A stretch of DNA of 63,916 bases, filler included, from Stramenopiles sp. TOSAG23-6 (taxonomy: Eukaryota): the NCBI GenBank assembly GCA_900128565.1. It is 3 parts of 3 records of this genome, joined end to end, with 100 filler letters (N's around TTAATTAATTAA, not from the genome) between each part and the next. Parts side by side here need not be neighbours in the genome. Positions count along the whole stretch, not along the records: positions 1 to 21,495 come from LT636028.1; 2 more parts are not named here. One strand, given 5' to 3'. Numbering within the stretch: the stretch's first letter is position 1; the number at the start of each line of letters is the position of its first letter. The translations under genes were made by a program, and so were the position numbers. Below, in pieces: positions 1 through 11,143 of this stretch. Under the pieces are notes generated by a model. That model was not told the origin of the DNA. It ran no database searches and was given only the letters and a program-made list of their open reading frames with translations.

Positions 1-225
1 AAACAGATTGTTAAAGTAGCAGAAACACCAGGTGCTCGTTGTAAAGGCCGAGTTATCTCCGTTCTAGAAGGCGGATATGACGTATCCCATTCTGACGCCC
101 TTGCTCTTTCTATACTAGCTCATGTTCAAGGTCTTCGCTATAATTCTGAAAATTCAATACGTAGAGATGATGTAAGTCATTCAATTTCTAATGAGTTGGT
201 TGGGGCTACCTCTGTGGAGAAGTGA
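1..225 (+). CDS. C-terminal end of a class II-type histone deacetylase domain (5' partial)
   Basis: Frame +1 reads ...CKGRVISVLEGGYDV...LAHVQGL, the HDAC 'VLEGGY' motif; TGA at 223-225. May continue into the next ORF through a frameshift. Confidence 0.75.
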   Translation, partial: KQIVKVAETPGARCKGRVISVLEGGYDVSHSDALALSILAHVQGLRYNSENSIRRDDVSHSISNELVGATSVEK

Positions 226-3200
226 AACAAAAAGATGAAATCGTTCAACCAAAGAGCTCTACAACTTCGCCAGTATCTACGAAAGCCGAAGAAACTTCTC
301 CTGAAATCAGTGTCTCGGGTAAAAAAACAAATATATTACCTCTTCCACTTGATGAACTGACACCCAACTTGACCGCAATAAAAGATGAAAAAGAGCACAA
401 TACAATACAACACATCAAAGAACATATTCAAGAAACAGAAAAAGATATCGTCCAAAGTGCGAAAAATATCAAAACGCGTATTCAAGTAACAGAAAAAGCC
501 ATCGTCAAAAGTGGAAAAAAGGTTGCTACATTTCTTACTCACCACGGTACAAATCACACCGCAAACTCAGAGGATTCTCGTACTGTTGGCTTATACTCTG
601 GTGGAAATTCTTTGCCATCTTCACCGTATCTTTATCTTCCGGAAGAAAACTTTGATTCCAAAGATATGTTCATCTCTCTGTTAAATGCATGCATGAAAGA
701 CTATGAAAGACTTTCTGTAGGTGCAGCAAATCAACCATGTAGGCGAGAACTTGAACTCATGTATAAAATAACTCCTGGTGTTAGTCTTATTCAAGCTGCA
801 AGTGGTATAAAATCGTTATCTGAGGGAGGAAATCAATGGAAATGCATCCGATGTGGTCTTTCTTTACCCCTTTCAATAAGCCCAAGTGGTATGCTTTGCG
901 ATATATGTACGTTTTCAAAATTTTATTTAAATTTTGATTTTTTTTTTTGTACTACATTTTGTAACTAACAAATTTCTAATTTGAAATATTATTTCACAAT
1001 ACATGCTCTGCTACTATAAATGCCTCAGATGCAATTTCTCATGTACACAAACCCCATTTGCTCGATAATTTGAAACGGCAAGCTTCTAGAATGTTCACTA
1101 ATACACAAGAAAAGTCTAAACAAAACAAACAATGGAAAGAAAATGAAAGAGAATTTGTTCGTTTTCATCACTACTTTCAAATTTTCTTTTTTTCATAGAA
1201 AATTCCGTACCTAATGAATTTCGAATTTGACATATTTTTTCACAGTACATGCATTGCGCGAACAAATTTTGAATGATGAGAAAGTATATAGAAAACTTTT
1301 GGCGGAACCTGTCAATGAATTAGATAAATCTTTCAATAATACAAATGATGCTGGGGATCTAACTAATCAACAGTTCACACCCCGAACACAGAAATTTTAT
1401 GATGCTTTAAATTATAGACAACTTAGAATGGAAAAAAAATCAAATAGATTGAAATACTATTATGGTGGAAATGTTGAAATGTTGAAGACGTTTGATGATA
1501 GTTATGTTGAACAAGATAGTAAAGAAACTGGAGAGATGGATATAGTTTGTTCAGATTTAACTAAGCGACTACAAGGTCTTCATCACCGAAAATTCCAAAA
1601 AGGCAAACGAAAGAAAATTGATGTATTAGTAAAAGATAAAGCACCATCTGGGATAGTTCTTAGGCATACTGGAATGACTGGAGCTGTTGTAAAGAATATA
1701 TTGAATAATAGTGCTATTGCAAAAGATGGGCGGATCAAAGAAGGTATGCGGTTAATTTCAATTGATGGTCATGAAGTTGAAACCGCACTCTTTGATGAAA
1801 TACTTAGCATGTTAAAATCACGACAAATGCAAGAGCGAACGTTAACATTTGTCTCAGATACACAGTATAGAGGTTGGGGTGTCAGAGGTCCGTGGCCATC
1901 TTTTCGAGAAAGTGAGTCCTCGTGTACAAAGATTCAATCTTTATGGCGTGGTAGAATGACAAGGATAGCAACGGTTAATGCATTGGCCAATATTGAAAGT
2001 ATGGTTGTATCAACAATAAGAGATGATCTTTTACATTTACTGCCTTCGCTCGAATCCGAAAATGAAAACAGTGCAATTATTATTGATGCTAAAGGAAAAG
2101 GACTCTCCACACATTTTGGCGATGCTTCGATTGATGCTGAATTTGGTACAAAATTGTTAAAACCATTCACATATACTCACGTTATTCGTAAAGATAATAC
2201 AATAAAAATGTTACCACGGTCCAATGCTGCTAAAAGAATAGTAGGAAGTTACCTACGTATGGTAAATGATTTAGATACAACGACGTTGTCACACGAAAAA
2301 ACAATGCTACACATTCAACGAATTGAGAGTAAACGTAAACACTGTAGGTTAGTTTTCCATAGGCACTTACCAAAAGCATCAAAACTGTCTCATATAGGTA
2401 TTAAACTTGAACGAGAGTCAAAATTTGTTCATCGCTTACGTAGTGATTTATTGCAAGCTCATGAGAATAAGCACACAGGTTTCTTTCACCATGGTTGGTT
2501 TGATTCCATCAAAGAAAAAGCTACTAATTTAGAGCATACTATTGAGCACAGCGCAGCCAATTTAGAGCATAATATAGAGCGTGGCGCAGTCAATTTAGAG
2601 CATACTATAGAGCACAGCGCCGCTACAATACTTCACCATAATCAATTACCAAAACCTATTGTATTACATTTAAAGCCAGGACCTCTTGGTATTGATATCG
2701 TGCAATGTAATTCAAATGGAGGTGCAATAATTACAAAGTTCGTACCATTAAAATCTAAAACATCTAATAGAATCGTGTATAGTACTATTGCATTAGATGG
2801 ACGAATCCGACCTGGAATGATACTATCAGCAATTAATGGTGTTGATTGCACCCAAGAAAGTTTTCATTCTTTGCAGGAATCACTTTCGCAGTCCCTGACA
2901 AGTGAGCAAGTTTTGAGTTTTCGCGCTTTATCAAAAGAGGAATTAAAGCAATTGAGTATTTTCAAAATGCATGAAATGCATCCGATAAATCGCGCAGCTA
3001 TCAAAACACAGAGAGCTTATCGTGCAATATGTCACCGACGATTACAACGTAATGGTACATGGAAAATTGAGTTTGAACCAAATAAACTTTTGAACCCAGG
3101 TAAACTTAGTAGCTTGGGTATAGTATTTGATATTCCAAAATTAGGTTTTGGGGCAAAAATAGTTCAATTTAAAACGGTGAAAAAGATGGAGAAAAATAAA

Positions 3201-3614
3201 AACGAAGTAGAACACATTCCGCAAACTAATGATGTCGAAAAAAAGAAAAAAAAGAAACACACAAAACGTGAAAAGGGTGTAAAAGATGAAAAAGAAGAAA
3301 AATATGGAAGTCAAAAAGGTATTGTTGAAAAAGGTGGCGTGCTTCCAGGAGCGTTTTTGATCAAAATCAACAAACGTGATGTTTCCTTTTTAAAATTTAC
3401 CCAAATTCTTGTGTTACTTTGGATGTTCAAACGAAAAGAAAAATTGACTCTTGAATTTGCAATGCAGACAACAGAGACGGCTAAAACTTTTGCAGCTGCA
3501 GAAGCAATGAGAAAGACTCTCGCTTTTGGAACAAATCGTATTGATAAAATTCGAGAGTCGTACACCAGAGCAGGTTTGTTGTACCAGAAAACTAATTTCT
3601 ATAATAGAGTGTAA
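222..3614 (+). CDS. Multi-PDZ / IQ-motif protein with CxxC-CxxC zinc finger (3 exons; 5' end uncertain)
   Basis: Removing introns 907-1004 and 1157-1250 joins the ORFs in frame and completes CIRC...CDIC. Three PDZ-like segments (GPLGI, GRIRPGMILSAING) and IQ-like IQSLWRG. Confidence 0.7.
907..1004 (+). other. Non-canonical intron GT-AT (98 nt)
   Basis: at|gtacgt...actaac...aaatattatttcacaatacat|gc; restores frame. Confidence 0.85.
1157..1250 (+). other. Non-canonical intron GT-AT (94 nt)
   Basis: tt|gttcgt...gtacctaat...cacagtacat|g; the CAG 5 nt upstream would frameshift. Confidence 0.8.
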
Positions 3615-3708
3615 CAAATAGAAATAAGTGCAGAGGAGTGGCAGAGGAGTAGGCCTTAGAAGTAAACTTCGTAATATGATAAATAATCACTATGTATTTT
3701 TTTCCTTT

Positions 3709-3846
3709 TAATGTAAAATGTAATACAAAATAAATGTAATGTAAAATGTAATGTTAATGTAAAATTTAATGTAATGTAAAATGTAATGAAAATGTAAAAT
3801 GTAATGCAATGTAAAATGTAATACAAAATGTAAAATGTAATGTAAA
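3709..3846. repeat. Degenerate (AATGT/AAAATGT)n simple repeat
   Basis: Tandem taatg/taaaatg units in the intergenic region. Confidence 0.8.
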
Positions 3847-4049
3847 AAAATACAAGACGGCGCGGGTTAGGGTTGTTGCTGACTCGATGATATTTTTTAA
3901 TCGATATATATGTATTACTATATAGTTATAGTCTCTCATTATTACTCTATCAATGACCCAAATCCAGCTGTAAACTTTTGAACCGGATAACTTTATAATG
4001 CACTATTATTTATTGTAAAATTACAAGTCAAAAGTTCATTTCCTCTACT

Positions 4050-5456
4050 ATGACTCTTGGTGTATTAAAACATATTTGCAAATCATTAACACCAAAGGTC
4101 TATACGAATCTGCAACGACAAGGCTATGCTGTAGTTGATAATTGTATTGATATAAATCATGTAAACATTTTAAGAAAGGAAATCAATCAGTTAAAACAAA
4201 GAAACGCACTTCATTTAAACTCAACGCGCATGGTGACGCAATGTGGCGAAAATAATCATCTTCAGAAAGATAAAATATGGGAGCTTGATCTTTTTAACGA
4301 CGAATTGCTTGATTGTGAAAATCTAGCTGCTCTTAACTCCGAAACTTGTTTAATAGAACACTTGAGCCAGAATCTCTTTACTTCTCACAATAAAATACAA
4401 ACCACACAAAGACTTAATCTACAAACAGCAAAAGTTCAGTTCAATGAAGGGGCAGGTGGTTGTTTTCCTTGGCATTTTGATACAGACCCGTTGATAGACT
4501 CGCGACGTATTACAGCAATACTTTACCTTAATCATGAGTGGGATGTGAAACATGGAGGTCAGCTATGCTTGTCTCCTTGGCCAGAGCCAACAATTAAAAT
4601 AGACCCCGTAGGTGGTCGCATTGTTCTATTTAGTTCCGCAGATATTGTGCATCGAGTCTTACCCTCTAGTGTATCTCGTTATTGTTTAACTCTTTGGTTT
4701 TGGGCGAATGACAAAAGTTCCGTAAAGCATCAAGCAACTTTCAAAGAAAATAGAGAAAATCAGGGACAAATCTCAATGTACAAACAGTGGAGAGGTGCAA
4801 ATGTTTGTACACAAACGTTAGATATGCTACAGGAAAGTATTAAAAGTCATACCGCTGAAGAAGCGGATGAAGTTTTGCGTAGAAAATGTCCAAACAAGTT
4901 AGGTTTAGATAGCGAAAAATACAAAATAGACAAGAATGATTTGTTTGCTGCACTACAAATTCTTCTTCAACCTCAGTATCGTCGACATTTGATCCGATGG
5001 GCTATTGGAGAAGAATGGGCTCAGTCCATCATTGAAAGTCATGGAAAAGGAATAGCTACTGATAAAGCTGTACAACAAATGTACGTTTTAAATGAATTTC
5101 TAATTTAATTTTTTTTCATACGAAATTTTGTACCTAACGAGTTTTTTTGAAATATTTTTTCACAATACATGTACACAGAACTTGATATCATTGAAAATAT
5201 TCTTGTTAAACTAATACAAAACTCTACGGTAATCAAAGGTTACACTTCTTCAACACCATCCAGGTTGTCATCAAAAAATGATGAAATACAGAATTCTAAT
5301 TATGCGAAAAATTTACTTCAATCATTAAGGAAATCACAGGAGTTGGAAGACTTACTACTACCTTATTATAAACGAATGAATACATTGTTGACTGATGATG
5401 ATGATGTCCAAACAAATTTACCTTTGATAGATTGGTTTGAGAAATATAATGTTTGA
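4050..5456 (+). CDS. 2OG-Fe(II) oxygenase, EGLN/prolyl-hydroxylase-like (2 exons)
   Basis: WHFD...RRITAILYLN...GGQL...HRVLP...RY motifs; intron 5081-5170. Confidence 0.85.
5081..5170 (+). other. Non-canonical intron GT-AT (90 nt)
   Basis: at|gtacgt...aaattttgtacctaac...cacaatacat|g. Confidence 0.85.
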
Positions 5457-5522
5457 GAAAATAAAAAATATTTGTCGACTACTAGCAGTAGTTATTAACT
5501 GATTTTGGTTCCAACATTTTGT

Positions 5523-8500
5523 TTATTTATTCGGAGAAATAATTTTTTTCTTACTTTTTATATTGTGAAGTCTATTTGTATCTTTTTGATCACTGTCTAT
5601 TACTAATCGATGTCTCAAATTCATGCTTCTTCCTATGCCCGGAACTTCTCTATGGCTTATTACATTTTGATTTGCAGTTCTTATTTTAGTTTTATCATTT
5701 TTAGAAACAAGTTGAATATATGATGAGATTTCTGATTTGTCGCGGTTTGAAGGTATCTTCAATCGCAACTGTGAGGTCGGTTTACTCCTTCCTTCTTTAT
5801 TGGGATTCCAAGACGCAGACTTTCCATAAACTGGTGGTGTTGCTTTTGCATTTAGATATGATAAAACTGGCTCTGAAATTAATTCCCTTTTGTTTACATC
5901 TTTTATATCATTTGCAATTGATTCAGCAATTTGTTTGGATGACATATTTTGAATATTTGTGATATATCTGTCCAATATTGATGTATCTTGTATATCTCGA
6001 AATACATACTTCTTTTTCGTTGTATCATTCATCAAAGAGTTATTAACGTTGACTATCGGCTCATTTTCAATGATATTCATCGATGAGAAAGATGTTGACA
6101 AGTTACCTCTTAATTTGGTTTCATTTGATTTGGTTTCACTTAATTTCGTCTCCGTGCCCTTTTCCAGTATTCTCTGTTTTGTCTTGATTAAACGCTTTTG
6201 TTTTCGTACTTTTCTAGATCCATGTTTAGGAAGAGCCCTCCACTTTGGCATTTTCCATTGCCAGCCTGGAAATTGACGCCACCATCCAGGAGAAACGCAT
6301 GGTGCTCCGCTTGCAACTCCTGGTCTAAGTGCAAACCAAACATGAACAATTCCACCATCTGATGTACTACACTTACGTTTACTCTTCCTTGTCGCAATGT
6401 TAGAAGAACAAGATGAAAGTGTGCGGATTCCTTGAAACATACGCGAAAAAACACGCGTATCCTGAATGACATCAAATTGTCCCTTTACACCACCATCATC
6501 TTGAAAGACTGTCTTTGTTAGTGACGGTGGCTTGTCCCCTGGTTCATACTTGAGTGATGGTTTCCTCGTACTATAGAATGATTCCATCGGTTTTGAAGGC
6601 CATGATAATACATCAAAGGGATCGAGCCATTTATGTTGTGATTTTGGAAGTAAACGAAGTAGTGTTTCTTTTTTTCCATTTGTTTCTTTTGATGTATTTT
6701 TGCTGCGGTTGATATACACCAAAGCATTTAGAATACTCAGTATTGGTGGTTGTTGTAATACCCAATGCCAACCTGACTCATCGACAGATATAGATGTCAT
6801 GACTGCTGCACATCCGCGTAATTTGGCAATCATTTGAATAGAGCGGAATAAAGCACTTCGTAAAATACTTTTAACACGAACAGCTTCAGATTTTAGCTGT
6901 AACATTACTTGTTTACATTTTTCGTTTGAGAGATATTTTTCGGATGATAAATCAGACGAAAAACATTCACCTACACTTGCTATTTCCCATATGGTGCCTC
7001 CATTACTACAGTGTTCGCGAATAACTAATGCAGCAGTAGCAATTCCATCATAACAATTGTTACCTTTTTCATTCGTTTTTCTTTTATCGTAAACTTTGTC
7101 TATTGCATCGTTTGTTTTGCACTTCAAAGTCAGGGTAAATATGGCAGATGGCAACGAAGAAGTTTGGCCTTTTGATGTCAAACCGTCGCGAAGTATTTTT
7201 TCAAGCGTTTTTTCTTGGAATTTTCTTTGAATTCTATTTGTTTTTTCGAGTTTATCTATTTCTATCGAGGGTGTCGATGAGGATTTGGAAGATTCTGAAG
7301 ATGCATTTCCTAAAATACCAAAACAACGAAGCATTTCGCGCACATGGTCAGGTGAGGTATGATCACTTTTGTCTAATGTCGGTGCTCCAATGATCAATTC
7401 TAGATGACAGTCACTGAATAATCTTTTCTCTCTACTCGGAATTTCAACGGAAGCAATTCTCGTTTTTCTTGATCTCTTTTTCATGTATTTTGGTAAATTC
7501 ATAACAACTGGATTCGGATTCATGATTTGAGATGTAGCACCCATCAACATAAATTTCATTGCCTCTTTAGTAAAATTTAGTGTTTTATTTTCTTCCGTAA
7601 TTGCATTTATTTTATCGGTATCATGTATTGTTTTGCAAAGGACCACATTATCATGTCGCTCTAGAACTAGGTTCTTCATACAGTTGTGTTGTCCTCGCAC
7701 ACTGCTGACAATCATCTGCATATCTCTTCGGAATTTTATCAAGTCTTTTTTTCTCTTCCTTTCTATTGTGACTTTTTTCCAAAATGTACCTATTGCCTTG
7801 GCTGTCTGAATAGTTTTTTCTCCGTATACGAGAGCTTTGGAACGTTTATTATCAGAATCATTTGATAATGAATTCGAACTATCATCATCATACACATGAA
7901 ATAGTTTAAGTGCATTAACTTCGTTTCTTGCTTCATATGAAGCATGCGTATTTTTCACTTTTGTTACAAAAGATGAAAAACCTTTTGATAATGTTCCAAC
8001 TTTTCTACCAGCAGCAAGTGCACCCCGAAGCATGCGGGATGCACGAGGGCCATTGCTATTACCACTAACGCATTTTGTTCTACTTGATTTTTTTCTGATG
8101 TTTCTGTGATTAATGAAACCGTGACTTATTATTTTTTTCTTCTCACTTAATTTGTTAAGGCTGCGTTCTTCGTGTATTATAGGTTTGGTTTTATGCTCAT
8201 TATTAGACGTATTCAAAACTGTTGTTTTACTATTCATGGTATTATCATTATCCTTGATTCCATTTTTTGCTTCCTTAACATCCATGATTTGGTTTTTGAA
8301 TTCACCCTTTTCTAATATATCACTGGCGGTAGTACATATCATAGAATTAGGTACAATAATCTTCTCTACACAACGCGATGTTTTCTCCGATGTCTTTACT
8401 TTATGCTTATTTTGTATTAAATGCCTGTAGTTCAAACCTATATCACCAATTCTTTCTACTGCTGGTCGTCGTAATGCTGCAGCTTGTAATATTTGTTTCA

Positions 8501-9533
8501 AAACATCAAATTCAATGGTACCCCCTCGTACAGAATGACAAAATATTTGCGATGTTCCGTTTAGTTCTATAATGCAACCTCGCATTGGTGATCTGTCTAA
8601 ATGACCACCCCATTTACTATCAAGCTCATTAGGCGGTCGAACTGGTTGTCGGATATCTCCAATAAAATCTGCGCCAATACAACGATGTCTTGGAAATAAC
8701 GATCCAATCCTACGAAACATTGCCAGGTTGTCAGGATGGATGCTACTTACTAAAATTTTTACAGCCAAGCCTCCAAGAGAAACATTTGCTTTATTCTGAA
8801 CAAATCTTCGAAAATTTTTAATTGGTACATCATAAAAAGGGCCCAATGCTTTATCTAATTTGATTATTGGCATTCGACAGCTTCGTCTTTTTCTGTTTGC
8901 TATTTCAACTAACTGTCTTGTTGTGCGACGCCCGTCGCCAAAAACACTTGCAGGAATTCGCCGAGCAACATCAATAACTTCTCCATCAAGAATTAAAACT
9001 CGATAATCTTTACCAGGGACAAATTCTTGAATTTGAACGTGTTGTAGTTTTGGTATTTTTTTTGTTCCTATGAAGTCAACAGGCCTGACCATTGAGTTTA
9101 CAATTTTTATGACCTTATCTTCATTTGGTACAAGCAATGTTACACCATCCCCTTTTGTTCCACATATTGGTTTAACTACAACTGGATATCTAAGTGCTGT
9201 ACTATGAGCACGAAACTCCTCTCCTTTTCGAATGAAGACGGAGCGAGGTACTGGAATAGAGTACTTCATTAAAAAGTTATTCGTTCGTCGTTTATCTCGC
9301 ATCCGTCGTATTGACAGCGAATGATAAAGAACTTTACAGTTATGTTTCCGTATTTCAAATGGCTCCACCCCTGGCGGATGAACTAGTATACGGCTCTCTG
9401 CTTTTGATAAAATGGTGACCTGCCAGCCGAGGTACGATGCAGCTGTTGCATAGAGATCAGTGTAAGGGCTACGACATTGACGAGGTACAGATTCCCAAGC
9501 ACGCATCATATTTTCTTCTGCCCAGCAAGCCAT
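5523..9533 (-). CDS. N-terminal ATP-grasp ligase domain (cyanophycin synthetase/GshAB-like) plus long uncharacterised C-terminus
   Basis: DKRRT..L....IPVP, YPVVVKP..GTKGDGV, QEFVPGKDYRVL, RRIPASVFGDG..T..QLV, ANVSLGG, IIELN; intronless 1336 aa ORF. Confidence 0.75.
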   Translation of the reverse strand: MACWAEENMMRAWESVPRQCRSPYTDLYATAASYLGWQVTILSKAESRILVHPPGVEPFEIRKHNCKVLYHSLSIRRMRDKRRTNNFLMKYSIPVPRSVFIRKGEEFRAHSTALRYPVVVKPICGTKGDGVTLLVPNEDKVIKIVNSMVRPVDFIGTKKIPKLQHVQIQEFVPGKDYRVLILDGEVIDVARRIPASVFGDGRRTTRQLVEIANRKRRSCRMPIIKLDKALGPFYDVPIKNFRRFVQNKANVSLGGLAVKILVSSIHPDNLAMFRRIGSLFPRHRCIGADFIGDIRQPVRPPNELDSKWGGHLDRSPMRGCIIELNGTSQIFCHSVRGGTIEFDVLKQILQAAALRRPAVERIGDIGLNYRHLIQNKHKVKTSEKTSRCVEKIIVPNSMICTTASDILEKGEFKNQIMDVKEAKNGIKDNDNTMNSKTTVLNTSNNEHKTKPIIHEERSLNKLSEKKKIISHGFINHRNIRKKSSRTKCVSGNSNGPRASRMLRGALAAGRKVGTLSKGFSSFVTKVKNTHASYEARNEVNALKLFHVYDDDSSNSLSNDSDNKRSKALVYGEKTIQTAKAIGTFWKKVTIERKRKKDLIKFRRDMQMIVSSVRGQHNCMKNLVLERHDNVVLCKTIHDTDKINAITEENKTLNFTKEAMKFMLMGATSQIMNPNPVVMNLPKYMKKRSRKTRIASVEIPSREKRLFSDCHLELIIGAPTLDKSDHTSPDHVREMLRCFGILGNASSESSKSSSTPSIEIDKLEKTNRIQRKFQEKTLEKILRDGLTSKGQTSSLPSAIFTLTLKCKTNDAIDKVYDKRKTNEKGNNCYDGIATAALVIREHCSNGGTIWEIASVGECFSSDLSSEKYLSNEKCKQVMLQLKSEAVRVKSILRSALFRSIQMIAKLRGCAAVMTSISVDESGWHWVLQQPPILSILNALVYINRSKNTSKETNGKKETLLRLLPKSQHKWLDPFDVLSWPSKPMESFYSTRKPSLKYEPGDKPPSLTKTVFQDDGGVKGQFDVIQDTRVFSRMFQGIRTLSSCSSNIATRKSKRKCSTSDGGIVHVWFALRPGVASGAPCVSPGWWRQFPGWQWKMPKWRALPKHGSRKVRKQKRLIKTKQRILEKGTETKLSETKSNETKLRGNLSTSFSSMNIIENEPIVNVNNSLMNDTTKKKYVFRDIQDTSILDRYITNIQNMSSKQIAESIANDIKDVNKRELISEPVLSYLNAKATPPVYGKSASWNPNKEGRSKPTSQLRLKIPSNRDKSEISSYIQLVSKNDKTKIRTANQNVISHREVPGIGRSMNLRHRLVIDSDQKDTNRLHNIKSKKKIISPNK

Positions 9534-9780
9534 GGTATTTGTTCTTTAGAAATCTAATTGCTATTCCACAGCATACTTCATTCAATTAGTATATTATGTC
9601 TTGGAAAACGAACTTTTTGCGTATACATAAGCAAAAGAGTAATAAAGCAAAGCTTCGTTATTTTCCTACAGTTACACAAGAAAAAGTGATTTTTGAGTCA
9701 GCGCGAAAAGATATTTGGCCCAATTTGGACGTCGACCGATTTTATACCATTAGGCTACCCATACTTTATGCTTAGTATTA

Positions 9781-10935
9781 GTGTTTGGCATGGTAAAGTT
9801 CAATCACCCATCGATATCTATATCAGTATGTCTGACGTGTTTTATATTTCATAGTCTTCTTGATATTTCAGTTGCTGGCCGAAGAAGAATCTCAGCTGTT
9901 CCTCGGATAGAACCTCGTCAAGAATCGACGACAAAACTGCATTCTCTACATTTGACACGGTTGGATGATCAGTTGGAGGATGGTTTCTTAGTAATCCCAT
10001 CATCTTCTAGAAAGAAAATAAAGAAATATCCTTGTATAGCAGCGTTTTGTGACGCTTTATTGACTGACTCGTTGTGCCGCGTCATACCATGTTGCGTTGG
10101 TATCTTCATGACTTTTTTTCTTCCGGCAGTGTTAGGGTCAGCATCAATCGTAGAGGATGCAGTAGAGGATGCAACCATAGAGGATGAAAACGAAAAGATT
10201 AGGATGAAAACATTTACTATTCTTCTTTCAATGATTGCATCATCATGTGGATGCTCATTTTTGCGGATGTTGTCGTCATTGTTATTTCGTTTTTCATGTG
10301 ATTCAGTGTTTTGCGAAAACGTTGGGTCAAGAGACATCAGGTACAGCGACCAAGTACACAGGTATTTTGGGGACTATAGTTGCATTTATTTAGAAGTCTG
10401 TGAATGCAGAGGCTGCAACGATCCATTTGTATCGCTTAGACCTTTCGTGTACTCCGCTCCTAAAAGTAGAGAGAGAAGTTCGCGTGATGTGCATGCGTTT
10501 ATTTGTGATCAGTTGGAGTTACAGTTGGCTCAAGGTAGGCTAGCCATGGCATGGGTATTAGAAGAAGCTTTTAAATTGCTTGGTCGAGATGTGGCTCAAA
10601 CTATAGAAAGATTATTACAGAATTCAGGAGTTCATAAAAGGCAATTTCTGCAACTGAAGTTTCGACTGCATTTTCTAATGGAACACTATGACCTTTACCG
10701 TGGAATTCCTGCGGAAGATGTTAAGCGCTATAATGAACAAAACGCAAGAAGAAAAGACAATATATTTTTGGAAAATAATAATGATCTTGAAATTGTATCT
10801 ACATACCAAAAAAATAAAAGGATGGCAGAATCTAAAGAAAATCAGAAGCTGAGGCTTTCTAAATTGAAAGTTTTGGAACCAGAGTATAGTGATTATCATG
10901 ATTTCTACCCGGGAACCCCAGCCTTAACTCCATGA
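9781..10935 (+). CDS. Hypothetical membrane protein
   Basis: 384 aa ORF with hydrophobic segments; no family recognised. Confidence 0.55.
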   Translation: MFGMVKFNHPSISISVCLTCFIFHSLLDISVAGRRRISAVPRIEPRQESTTKLHSLHLTRLDDQLEDGFLVIPSSSRKKIKKYPCIAAFCDALLTDSLCRVIPCCVGIFMTFFLPAVLGSASIVEDAVEDATIEDENEKIRMKTFTILLSMIASSCGCSFLRMLSSLLFRFSCDSVFCENVGSRDIRYSDQVHRYFGDYSCIYLEVCECRGCNDPFVSLRPFVYSAPKSRERSSRDVHAFICDQLELQLAQGRLAMAWVLEEAFKLLGRDVAQTIERLLQNSGVHKRQFLQLKFRLHFLMEHYDLYRGIPAEDVKRYNEQNARRKDNIFLENNNDLEIVSTYQKNKRMAESKENQKLRLSKLKVLEPEYSDYHDFYPGTPALTP

Positions 10936-11143
10936 TGTAAAGCCAATAATAATGATCACAGTCAGTCTTTTCTTTCAAAGCAAGGATTCCATTAACTTTT
11001 CCCCCTTTAGAATAAGTGAATTTTCAGAAAAGATTCTCAATTTATAAAGAAAGTGTATCACAATAATTTATTGTACAATAACTCATATCATAACTCAATC
11101 TATACAAGACCTAAAAGAATTCAATAAGACTACTTTTTGTTTT

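Noticed and set aside
907-1004. Reading the introns as classical U12 AT-AC introns
   Set aside because: The slid AT...AC register fits many junctions, but the ATATCCTT donor is absent and about ten junctions have TT, AA or GT before the GT. A diverged minor spliceosome is not excluded.
3878-3889. gctgactcgatg shared with 27079-27090 upstream of genes
   Set aside because: Only two copies; too weak to call a promoter motif.
5081-5170. Ciliate-like IESs excised at DNA level
   Set aside because: Strict sense-strand polarity plus donor and branch-point motifs point to RNA splicing.
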